Assembly: GCA_019314375.1 (NCBI GenBank)
Contig: JAFCZJ010000014.1
Location: 12,153 to 76,152 of the forward strand
Source of the DNA: Deltaproteobacteria bacterium
Lineage (GTDB): Bacteria > Myxococcota > B64-G9
Length of the DNA stretch: 64,000 nucleotides
Direction: 5' to 3'
The notes below the pieces were generated by a model. It had not been told where the DNA came from, did not search any database, and was given only the letters and a program-made list of their open reading frames with translations. Positions 43,219-51,313 of this stretch are shown piece by piece. Positions within the stretch are counted from its first letter, which is position 1. Every line of letters begins with the position of its first letter. The translations under genes and the position numbers were made by a program.

Positions 43219-45591
43219 ATGAGCGAACGCTTCATCTTCGAGGCCACAGGGGAAAACCTGCGCGCCTTGCTTGACCAATCGCTTACGGGGATCTTCATCG
43301 TCACCGCGGAGCGCATTCGATTTGCCAACCGCACCTTCGAAGAGATGCTTGGCTATGATTCGGCCGAGCTGCAGACGATGGACCCCTGGGCCCATGTTCA
43401 CCCGGATGAACGAGAAGCAGTCCGCAACCTGGGTCGCGAGCGCATCGACGGGCAGCGCTCACGGAATGTCTACGAAACTCGCATGCTGCGTAAGGATGGC
43501 GTGGAAATCTGGGTGGAGGTGCGTGCCACCCCCATCGTCTACGAGGATCAAGCCGCCGTCTTAGTCAACATGGTCGACATCGCCGATCGCAAAAATACCG
43601 AGCAACGGCTCCGCAAGAGCGAAGCCAGCCTTCGTTCACTCTTCGAACAAGCCCCCATCGGCATCTACCGCGCGACACCCGAGGGTACACTTCTCATGGC
43701 CAACCCGGCGCTCCGGCGCATGCTGGGTGCTGACGAGGCCGGGCCCGATCTGAAACGTGAGGATTTCGAGCCCACACACCCCAAGAGCGAATTCAAGCGC
43801 CACATGGACCAGCATGGGGCGGTGCGTGGTCTGGAATCGGCCTGGATTCGGCAAGACAACAGCCTGATCTATGTGCGCGAATACGCCCAGGCCATATTCG
43901 ATGAACATGGTGACGTGCTCGCCTATGAGGGCGCGGTCGAAGACGTGACGCATCGCAAACGCGCCGAGCAGGCCCTGCAACTCTACACCCAGCGCCTGCA
44001 AGTCATGCAGGAAGTCGAGCGAGCCATCCTGGCCGCCAACTCCAGTGAGGCGATCGTGCAAGCCGTGGTCAAGCGCATCCGTCGGCTCATCCCCTGTGAC
44101 CGAGCCACCTTGCTGCTCTTTGATCGAAAGCATGACATGGCCACCGTGGCAGCGGTAGACGAGGACCCCGCCCCTCGCTTCGAACCGGTGGAAGGCGCCT
44201 GCTTGCCCTTGGACGACCTGAGCAGCATGGAGCAGATCGAAAAATCATCAATTCGCATCATCAGAGACATCCAAGGATTGAGCAATCCGCGAAAAGTGCA
44301 CACCCGCTTATTGGCTCAGGGTCTCCGTTCGGTGCTTAGCGTACCCATCCGCTTCGACACGGAGCTCATCGGTGAACTCAACCTGGCCAGCCGCCGCCCA
44401 CACGCCTTCGATGCTCAGCAAGAAAAAGCCGCCGCCGAGATAGGTTCTCAGCTTGCCGTGGGTCTGCGCCAAGCGCGCCTGCTTGGCGACTTGCGCCAGG
44501 AACGAGAGCGCCTGCATGGCCTGGTGGAGCACCTCCCCGAGGGCTTGATCTTGCTGGACGTGGAACGCCGCATCCTGATGGCCAACCCCATGGCGCGGCG
44601 GCTACTGCCTTTGCTGACCGCCGAAGACCCCCTCTCCCCAGAGGGCGTAACCGAAGGCCAAATCTTGGAACACCTGGGCGAACTCCATCTTGAGCCGACT
44701 CACTGGAAGGTCGGAAAGCCCATAGGGCCCATTGAACTATCCGGCGGTGACCGGCGTATCGAAGCGACGGGCTACCCGGTGCCCCTGGCCGAACACGGTG
44801 GTTGCGTACTGGTCTTGAGAGACGTCACCCGCGAGCGGGAAGTACGACTTCAGTTGCAACAGCAAGAACGCCTGGCTGCCGTCGGCGAGTTGGCGGGTGG
44901 CGTGGCCCACGACTTCAACAATTTGCTTACCGCCGTCGACGGTTTCGCCGATATCCTGAAACGCCGAGTGGGCGAGGATCACCCGGGACGAAACAACATT
45001 GAGGAGATCAAGCGAGTCTGTGAGCGCGGCAGCGCCCTGACGCGCCGACTCTTGGCCTTCAGTCGTCGGCGTGAGCCCGTGCCCGAGGCTGTTGATCTGA
45101 ACGCATTAATTCGGGATATCGAAGAGATGTTGCGTCGACTCCTGGGATCGCCGGTGCAACTACGCACCGAGCTCGCCACCGAGCTGCATCCCATCCTGAG
45201 TCACAAGGAGCAAGTAGAGCAAGTGCTCGTCAACCTCTCCATCAATGCCCGAGACGCCATGCCCGATGGCGGCGTGCTGAAGATTCGCACAGACAACGCG
45301 GACAGACCGGTTGAACTAGAAAGCGGACCGGACAAATGGATCCGCCTGGAAGTCTCCGACACGGGTTCCGGCATGGACGGAGTCACCAAACAACGCATCT
45401 TCGAACCCTTCTTCACAACCCGCGAAGAGGAAGGCGGCACCGGCCTGGGCCTGTCCACGGTGAAGGGCATCGTAAAAGGAGTGGGGGGCCTGGTACAGGT
45501 GGAAACCGAGCCCGGCCAAGGCACCATCTTTCGCATTTATCTGCCGGCATTAATTGACTCTGAAAATCCAACGGATCATGCAAACCTTTGA
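43219..45591 (+). CDS. cytoplasmic multi-PAS/GAF sensor histidine kinase
   Basis: Several PAS-like blocks are present (for example RIRFANRTFEEMLGY, LLMANPALRRMLG, ILMANPMARRLL), with a GAF-like segment between them. H-box GGVAHDFNNLLTAV. HATPase N/G boxes NLSINARDAMP, DTGSGM and GTGLGLS. Confidence 0.85.
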   Translation: MSERFIFEATGENLRALLDQSLTGIFIVTAERIRFANRTFEEMLGYDSAELQTMDPWAHVHPDEREAVRNLGRERIDGQRSRNVYETRMLRKDGVEIWVEVRATPIVYEDQAAVLVNMVDIADRKNTEQRLRKSEASLRSLFEQAPIGIYRATPEGTLLMANPALRRMLGADEAGPDLKREDFEPTHPKSEFKRHMDQHGAVRGLESAWIRQDNSLIYVREYAQAIFDEHGDVLAYEGAVEDVTHRKRAEQALQLYTQRLQVMQEVERAILAANSSEAIVQAVVKRIRRLIPCDRATLLLFDRKHDMATVAAVDEDPAPRFEPVEGACLPLDDLSSMEQIEKSSIRIIRDIQGLSNPRKVHTRLLAQGLRSVLSVPIRFDTELIGELNLASRRPHAFDAQQEKAAAEIGSQLAVGLRQARLLGDLRQERERLHGLVEHLPEGLILLDVERRILMANPMARRLLPLLTAEDPLSPEGVTEGQILEHLGELHLEPTHWKVGKPIGPIELSGGDRRIEATGYPVPLAEHGGCVLVLRDVTREREVRLQLQQQERLAAVGELAGGVAHDFNNLLTAVDGFADILKRRVGEDHPGRNNIEEIKRVCERGSALTRRLLAFSRRREPVPEAVDLNALIRDIEEMLRRLLGSPVQLRTELATELHPILSHKEQVEQVLVNLSINARDAMPDGGVLKIRTDNADRPVELESGPDKWIRLEVSDTGSGMDGVTKQRIFEPFFTTREEEGGTGLGLSTVKGIVKGVGGLVQVETEPGQGTIFRIYLPALIDSENPTDHANL

Positions 45592-45615
45592 CGCGTTGCG
45601 ATATTTGATTTTTCG

Positions 45616-45644
45616 TTGACAGAAATATCGACAAAGCCTAGTGT
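45616..45644 (+). promoter_or_regulatory. sigma70-like promoter candidate (TTGACA-N17-TAGTGT) for the lipoprotein/FadL-like genes
   Basis: TTGACA at 45616..45621, a 17-nt spacer, TAGTGT at 45639..45644. It lies ~100 nt upstream of the ATG at 45742. Confidence 0.45.
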
Positions 45645-45741
45645 GGCACATCGCGAGAAACAAGGGGGTCTGCGATGCTGGTCGGATCGCAAACTTCATC
45701 AAAAAACGCAATAAATTTATGATCTCGAAAGGAGAATCAAC

Positions 45742-46602
45742 ATGAAGAAAAAAATGAGCATCGTATTGGCTATCGTCTTGAGCATGAGCCTGGCCGTGGT
45801 GGCCATCAACTGTGGCGGTGATGATGATGATCCTGAATGCACCGCGGGCACCCTGAACTGCGAATGCGCCGCTGACAGCGCCTGTGACGGCGACCTCGTC
45901 TGCAACGCCAGCAACGTCTGCGAAGCCGCGGCCGGCGGATGCTGTGACGACGTCGAAGGCATGATCGAAGTCTCCGGCACCGTGACCGATTTGACCCAGA
46001 CCCCGGCCGCCGTGGCCGTGACCGCCTTGAGCGCGTTCCATGTCATGACCGGCGCGCCCACTCCTTTGGGCACCACCACGTCCGCGGCAGACGGCAGCTT
46101 CACCATCGACTGCTTCGACGTCTCCGGCGCAGCCTTGGGCCTGGTGCTCTTGACCGGCGAGGCCGGCAGCGATTTCTTCCCCACCTTGACCGGTGTGGCA
46201 GCTTACAGCGATGATGCCGACAAGGTCTGTATCGAAAGCACCCCGCCGGTTTGGGCCCTGCCCACGGCTTTCGTCTCCTCGCTGGACGCCCATCCCTTGA
46301 TCACGACCGCTGACGGCATCGTCATCGGCTTCATCGTGAGCGCCGCCGGCGCGCCCATCGAAGGCGCCACCGTGATGCAAGGCGACGGCAACCCGGTTGA
46401 CGGCACCGTCATCTACCCCAACGCTGATTTCTCGGACTTCACCGGCACGGCCACCTCGGCCACCGGCATCTACATGATCCCGGCGCCCTTGGCTCTGGTG
46501 ACCCTGACCGCCGAGGCCACCGGCCACACCTTCGCCACCGATCTGTACAAGGCAGCGGCCGTTGCCGGTCACGCTTACATGGTGAGCATGCAAGCTGAAT
46601 AG
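45742..46602 (+). CDS. secreted/lipoprotein with a Cys-rich acidic N-terminus and beta-sandwich (carboxypeptidase-regulatory-like by eye) repeats
   Basis: Signal LAIVLSMSLAVVAINC, then GGDDDDPECTAGTLNCECAADSACDGDLVCNASNVCEAAAGGCC. Two units follow of the type G.V.D......a.V.A.........T.DG.F.I (SGTVTDL...SAADGSFTIDC; IGFIVSAAGAPIEGATVMQGDGN). Confidence 0.55.
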   Translation: MKKKMSIVLAIVLSMSLAVVAINCGGDDDDPECTAGTLNCECAADSACDGDLVCNASNVCEAAAGGCCDDVEGMIEVSGTVTDLTQTPAAVAVTALSAFHVMTGAPTPLGTTTSAADGSFTIDCFDVSGAALGLVLLTGEAGSDFFPTLTGVAAYSDDADKVCIESTPPVWALPTAFVSSLDAHPLITTADGIVIGFIVSAAGAPIEGATVMQGDGNPVDGTVIYPNADFSDFTGTATSATGIYMIPAPLALVTLTAEATGHTFATDLYKAAAVAGHAYMVSMQAE

Positions 46603-46616
46603 GCAAATGACCCCGA

Positions 46617-46649
46617 GGCGTGGAACTGAATGGTTCCACGCCTTTTTTT
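46617..46649 (+). terminator. Rho-independent terminator
   Basis: 10-bp stem ggcgtggaac / gttccacgcc, a 6-nt loop, and 7 T (46643..46649). Confidence 0.75.
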
Positions 46650-46676
46650 AACTCTTTGTCTTTAAGGAGATCCTCC

Positions 46677-48137
46677 ATGAAGCGGACCTTCTGTATCGCC
46701 ATCGCCATGGCGCTGATGCTGACCGTTACGAATGCTTATGCCGGCGGTTTTTTGCTCTACGAACACAATTCTTCAGCCACGGGCATGGCTGGAGCCCGGA
46801 CCGCCATCTCGGACGATCCCAGCTCCATGTTCTACAACCCCGCGGCCATCTCCGAACTGGAAGGCCTGCAACTGCAGATCGGCGCGACCGGCATCCTGCC
46901 GTACGTGAGCTACGAACCGGCCACCGACCAAACGGCTCGCTCTTTCGAGTACCTTGACCAAAACGGCAATCTGGTGACCAAGATTGTCAATGACGGACAA
47001 AACGCCACCAGCGCCAAGCTCAAGGGATTCAATCCCATCCATCTCTACGCCACCTACAACCTGCCGGACTGGGGCGTGACCCTCGGTTACGGCCTGAACA
47101 ACCCCTTCGGTTTGGGGACTTACTGGCCCGGAGATTGGGATGGTCGCTTCATCGGCACCGAGACCGAGATCCACACCTTTTTCAATAACGCGGTGGTGGC
47201 CGTGGACATCGCCAAACTGGCCGGTTTCAAAGACAGCCTCAAGTTGAGCTTGGCTGCCGGCTACACCTTCGTCTACGGCTCGGCACGTCTGGCCAAACGC
47301 ATCGACCTCAGGGTGGTGGAGGCCCTCAGCCAGGGCCAATTTGAAGATCCCTGGGGCGAAATGCGCATGCTCGGTTCCGCGATCGGTCATGGCTGGAACG
47401 TTGCCCTTTACGCCGAGCTACCTGAGCTGGTCTCCTTCGGATTTTCGCTTCGCTCTCAGGTCAGCTTGCCCTTCGAGGGCACGGCCAAGTTCGTCTTCAT
47501 CGGCGACAACAACATACTGGCTCGCGACTTCCTCTCGGCAAACCTCGGCGTTACTTTCCCGACTGCCCCCACCGTTGACAACATGAGCGAGGGCGAGACC
47601 ACAGGCAACGTGACCATCGATCTGCCCATGAACTTAAACGTGGGCTTGGCCTTTTTGGGCATCAAGGATCTAAAAATCGCAGCCGACTTCTTCCTCGCTT
47701 TCTTCGAAAGCTATGGTCAGTTGGACCTGTCCTTCAACTGCGTGGAAGAGGGCACCTGCTCGGACAATTTGAATACCGTGGTGGAGAAAAACTGGAGCTC
47801 AAGTTGGCAAGTATCGCTGGGTGCCGAGTACATGGTCGTCGAAGGCATCCCCCTCCGCGTGGGCTACGGCATGGTCTCTTCGCCCGTGCCTAATGACACC
47901 TACGATCCGTCCCTGCCCGATGCCGGCAACGGCTCCTTCCGGCATCTTTTCACGGCTGGCACCGGCTATCACGCAGACTGGTGGAAGTTGGACCTGGGTT
48001 ACATGCTCGCCATGTGGAAAGGCACCAAGGACAATCTGGTGGGAGCAGGCGATGCGAGCACCCCCGAAGGCATGGCCAACGGCACGTACACCACGGTCAC
48101 CCATTTATTGGGCCTCACCTTCACCGCGGCGATCTAG
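46677..48137 (+). CDS. FadL/OMPP1/TodX-family outer-membrane transport barrel, paralogue 1
   Basis: Signal MKRTFCIAIAMALMLTVTNAYA, then GGFLLYEHNSSATGMAGARTAISDDPSSMFYNPAAI (the FadL-family N-terminal hatch motif). The protein ends ...HLLGLTFTAAI. The ATG at 46677 has AAGGAG upstream and lies after the terminator. Confidence 0.75.
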   Translation: MKRTFCIAIAMALMLTVTNAYAGGFLLYEHNSSATGMAGARTAISDDPSSMFYNPAAISELEGLQLQIGATGILPYVSYEPATDQTARSFEYLDQNGNLVTKIVNDGQNATSAKLKGFNPIHLYATYNLPDWGVTLGYGLNNPFGLGTYWPGDWDGRFIGTETEIHTFFNNAVVAVDIAKLAGFKDSLKLSLAAGYTFVYGSARLAKRIDLRVVEALSQGQFEDPWGEMRMLGSAIGHGWNVALYAELPELVSFGFSLRSQVSLPFEGTAKFVFIGDNNILARDFLSANLGVTFPTAPTVDNMSEGETTGNVTIDLPMNLNVGLAFLGIKDLKIAADFFLAFFESYGQLDLSFNCVEEGTCSDNLNTVVEKNWSSSWQVSLGAEYMVVEGIPLRVGYGMVSSPVPNDTYDPSLPDAGNGSFRHLFTAGTGYHADWWKLDLGYMLAMWKGTKDNLVGAGDASTPEGMANGTYTTVTHLLGLTFTAAI

Positions 48138-48176
48138 AAATCCCAGACGGCTCAGGCCGCCTGCATATTTTTTATG

Positions 48177-48208
48177 CCCGTCCCCGCGCAAGGGGGCGGG
48201 TTTTTTTT
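48177..48208 (+). terminator. Rho-independent terminator
   Basis: 9-bp stem cccgtcccc / gggggcggg (one G-U pair), a 6-nt loop, and 8 T (48201..48208). Confidence 0.7.
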
Positions 48209-48241
48209 GTCCTGAGTCCTTAGCTGGTCTATGCTCTGTCC

Positions 48242-49675
48242 ATGATTTCAAAATCAAATGTCACGATCTGCATCCTGATACTCGCCTGCCTGCCCCTGTC
48301 GGTTCGGGCTGGCGGCTTTCTGATTTACGAACACAACGCCACGGCCACAGGCATGGCCGGGGCCCGCAGTGCCTTGGACGACGATCCCAGCGCACTGTAT
48401 TTCAGCCCAGCGGCCATCACCGAACTAGAGGGCCTGCAGTTTCAATTGGGTTCCACGGGTATCTTGCCCATGGTCTCCTACGAGGCGGCCGGCCCCTCGG
48501 GTCGTACCTACACCACTTGTACGCCCGAGGGCGTCGTGGGGGAGGCCCTGGTCAACGACGGCGAAAACGACGTCGACGCCAAGCTCAAAGGCTTTACGCC
48601 CATCCATCTTTACGCCAGCTACAATCTGCCCGCCCAGGGCATCAGCCTGGGGTTCTCCCTGACCAACCCCTTCGGCCTGGGCTCTTACTGGCCCGGAGAC
48701 TGGGATGGCCGATTCATCGGCACCGAGACCGAGATCCAAACCTTTTTTTCCAACCCGGTCATCGCCGTGGATATCGCCAAGCTTGCGGGCTTCAAGGATC
48801 AGTTCAAGCTGAGCTTGGCCGCGGGCTACACCTTCGTTTACGGCACGGCCCATCTGGCCAAGCACATCGATCTTCGAGCGGCCGAACTTCTCAGTCGGGG
48901 CGCCATCCAAAATCCATCTGGCGACATGGTCATGGACGGCTCGGCCACGGGTCACGGCTGGAACCTGGCCCTTTACGCCGAGTCGCCGAACATGCTGAGT
49001 TTGGGATTTTCCCTGCGAGGCGGATTCGCCGACAACGCATCCATCCGCATGCCTTTTTCCGGGGCCGCGACCTTCCGCTTCAACGAAGCAGGCGAGGCGG
49101 CTCGAGACTTACTCGCGGGCATGCTTGTCTTTCCCGATGAGAGCGACGCCAAAGTCACCATGAACCTGCCCCTGCATTTCAACACGGGCATTGCTTACCG
49201 AGGCATCGAGAACCTGACCCTTGCGCTGGACCTTTACATGGCCTTCTTCGCCTCCTACGACGAGCTGGGCCTGAACTTCCTTTGCACGGCCGAAGGCACT
49301 TGTCCGGGCCTTGCCGATGCAGCTGAGCCGGTGGAGAAAAACTGGCATACAAGCTGGCAGGTTTCTCTGGGTGCCGAATATGTGCTCTTCGACGTGCTTC
49401 CACTGCGCTTAGGCTACGGTACGGTCGGCTCCCCCGTGCCCGCTGAGACCTATGATCCGGCTCTCCCCGATGGCCAGCGGCATATGGTCAGCTTCGGTGC
49501 GGGCTACCGCGGCAGTTGGTGGAAAGTGGACGTCGGCTACATGCTCGCCCTGTGGCAAGACACCAAGGACAACCTGGTGGGCGTGGGCGATGATCTCAAC
49601 CCCGAAGGCGCCGCCAACGGCACCTACCGCACCCAAACCCACATCCTGTCATTGAGCTTCAGCGCGAAAATCTAG
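48242..49675 (+). CDS. FadL/OMPP1/TodX-family outer-membrane transport barrel, paralogue 2
   Basis: GGFLIYEHNATATGMAGARSALDDDPSALYFSPAAI. It is collinear with paralogue 1 along its whole length (roughly two-thirds identical by eye). Confidence 0.75.
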   Translation: MISKSNVTICILILACLPLSVRAGGFLIYEHNATATGMAGARSALDDDPSALYFSPAAITELEGLQFQLGSTGILPMVSYEAAGPSGRTYTTCTPEGVVGEALVNDGENDVDAKLKGFTPIHLYASYNLPAQGISLGFSLTNPFGLGSYWPGDWDGRFIGTETEIQTFFSNPVIAVDIAKLAGFKDQFKLSLAAGYTFVYGTAHLAKHIDLRAAELLSRGAIQNPSGDMVMDGSATGHGWNLALYAESPNMLSLGFSLRGGFADNASIRMPFSGAATFRFNEAGEAARDLLAGMLVFPDESDAKVTMNLPLHFNTGIAYRGIENLTLALDLYMAFFASYDELGLNFLCTAEGTCPGLADAAEPVEKNWHTSWQVSLGAEYVLFDVLPLRLGYGTVGSPVPAETYDPALPDGQRHMVSFGAGYRGSWWKVDVGYMLALWQDTKDNLVGVGDDLNPEGAANGTYRTQTHILSLSFSAKI

Positions 49676-49684
49676 ACAAGCAGA

Positions 49685-51313
49685 CTATTCTTTCTCTGAG
49701 AACACCAAGGCAGTAAATCTTTGTAGTTCAGCCTCATCGCTACGCCAGCAGTTTCGATCCGGCACATGGGCCTTTCGGCACAGGTTGGTCAAATATTCTT
49801 CCACGGTGGTCCAGTTCTGTTCCACCGGCACCTGGGGCAAGAAGACCCCGCGGCGTCGGCCCACCTGGATCCAGACCCCGTCACGGCCTATCTTGATCTC
49901 GCGCAAGGGGTCTGAAACCTTCACCCGGGGACTTAATACAGAAATCTCGATATGGATCTCTTTGAGCTCCTCGGTTTTCACGGACTTGAATCGTCTGTCG
50001 TGGGTGGCCGCGTCCATTACCCGATTGCGAATCATCTCCCAGAGGGGCTCGATGGGCTCCATGTAGCCGATGCAACCGCGAAGCCGACCGTGATTCTTCA
50101 GAGTCACGAATGCCGCTCCGGGCTCCAGCAGTTTTTTGTGTTCGGGCTGAAACTCGGGTTTGCTTCCATCGCGCAGATGGATTTCCAGGGTCTTTCTCGC
50201 GATCTGAAGCAACTCGTTTTTCTCTTCGGCCTTGAGAAAGTCTCCGTCATTCGCTACCGAAGCCACCTTGGGCCGCGCCTCGGCCAGCAACACCGCTGCT
50301 GAAAAATACCCCACAATGCGCGATTTCTTGTTTCCGACGATGTCGCCTGAGTTGCGCCGGTCCAGCACTTCCACCTTGGCCCCGGACTGCAACTTGGCCA
50401 ACTCCATGAGGGTCAACACGGGGCCCATGCCGCACAACTGGGCGCAGTCGGGTTGCAGCTTGCCCTTCTCGTCCAAAGCAATCTTTTTCCCTGCCAGACG
50501 AAAACGAGCATAAGCCTGAGCCAGTGCCTCGGTGTCCAGTGAGCCGACCAGGCGAACCGCTTGCTCATCCATGGCCGTAGCCACGTCGTAGGGAAAATCA
50601 TGAGACATGTCCGTCGAGGCCACAAAAACCGTATCCCGGCCAGGGAAAGTCTCCTTCAGGGCCTTGGCCAATTTTCGGGCAGAGGCCGCATCGGCACCTG
50701 AAATCATGATGGGCACCAACTGGAAGTCCAGGCCCAACACAACCTGCAAAAACGGCAGCTCCACCTCCAGCGCATGCTCGCCGCGAAATTTCTCCTCATC
50801 CGCAACCACTGCTCCCATGGCAAGCAATTGCTGGACCCCCCTTGCATCGATGGAAATATCGCCCAGGGGGGTTCGGTAACTGGAGGCGGTCAAAATCGCC
50901 GGTTTGGCAAAGGCCCTTCGATGGGCAGGACCCAAGACAACAACCCTTGTAAAACCGCGATCTCGCAGTTGGGCAAAAGCAGGACCGGCCACGGGCCCCG
51001 AGTAGGGGGTCCCGGCATGGGGCACGAAAATACCGAGCAGATCACCGGGAAGCTTCTCTGACGCAGCCAGGTACTTGCCCAGCTCACGCCGTAGCTCCTG
51101 GGGCTCGCCAGGATAGAACCGCCCGGCAACCTGGGAAGAAAAAGCCGGGCCAGTCGAAACCTTGGTCGTGGGCTTCATCTTGACGACCTCTTGGGTCTTG
51201 ACCATGTGGGTCTTCCCCTCGGGCTTGTCGTTACAGCTGGCCGCCACCAGGCCGCCTGACAGAAAGATCAAGACGATGGCAGGCAGTATGGATCTGGAAC
51301 GCCGCATGATCAT
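49685..51313 (-). CDS. exported (lipoprotein-type signal) fusion of a Memo-like domain (AmmeMemoRadiSam protein B type) and an AMMECR1 domain (protein A type)
   Basis: Signal MIMRRSRSILPAIVLIFLSGGLVAASC. Memo blocks: AGRFYPGEPQELRREL, GIFVPHAGTPYSGPVAG, VVVLGPAH, GEHALEVELPFLQ, VASTDMSHD. AMMECR1 blocks: GAAFVTLKNHGRLRGCIGYMEP, DAATHDRRF, IEISVLS, GVFLPQV. Its ATG overlaps the TGA of the upstream vWA gene (ATGA). Confidence 0.8.
   Translation of the reverse strand: MIMRRSRSILPAIVLIFLSGGLVAASCNDKPEGKTHMVKTQEVVKMKPTTKVSTGPAFSSQVAGRFYPGEPQELRRELGKYLAASEKLPGDLLGIFVPHAGTPYSGPVAGPAFAQLRDRGFTRVVVLGPAHRRAFAKPAILTASSYRTPLGDISIDARGVQQLLAMGAVVADEEKFRGEHALEVELPFLQVVLGLDFQLVPIMISGADAASARKLAKALKETFPGRDTVFVASTDMSHDFPYDVATAMDEQAVRLVGSLDTEALAQAYARFRLAGKKIALDEKGKLQPDCAQLCGMGPVLTLMELAKLQSGAKVEVLDRRNSGDIVGNKKSRIVGYFSAAVLLAEARPKVASVANDGDFLKAEEKNELLQIARKTLEIHLRDGSKPEFQPEHKKLLEPGAAFVTLKNHGRLRGCIGYMEPIEPLWEMIRNRVMDAATHDRRFKSVKTEELKEIHIEISVLSPRVKVSDPLREIKIGRDGVWIQVGRRRGVFLPQVPVEQNWTTVEEYLTNLCRKAHVPDRNCWRSDEAELQRFTALVFSEKE

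Noticed and set aside
45550-49140. ORFs 45550..46593 (minus strand, 347 aa) and 47821..49140 (plus strand, 439 aa) overlapping the lipoprotein and FadL-like genes.
   Set aside because: The first is antisense and the second is out of frame relative to genes with clear signal peptides and FadL motifs. Both are Arg/Gly/His/Pro-rich nonsense, and the second spans a terminator and an intergenic region.
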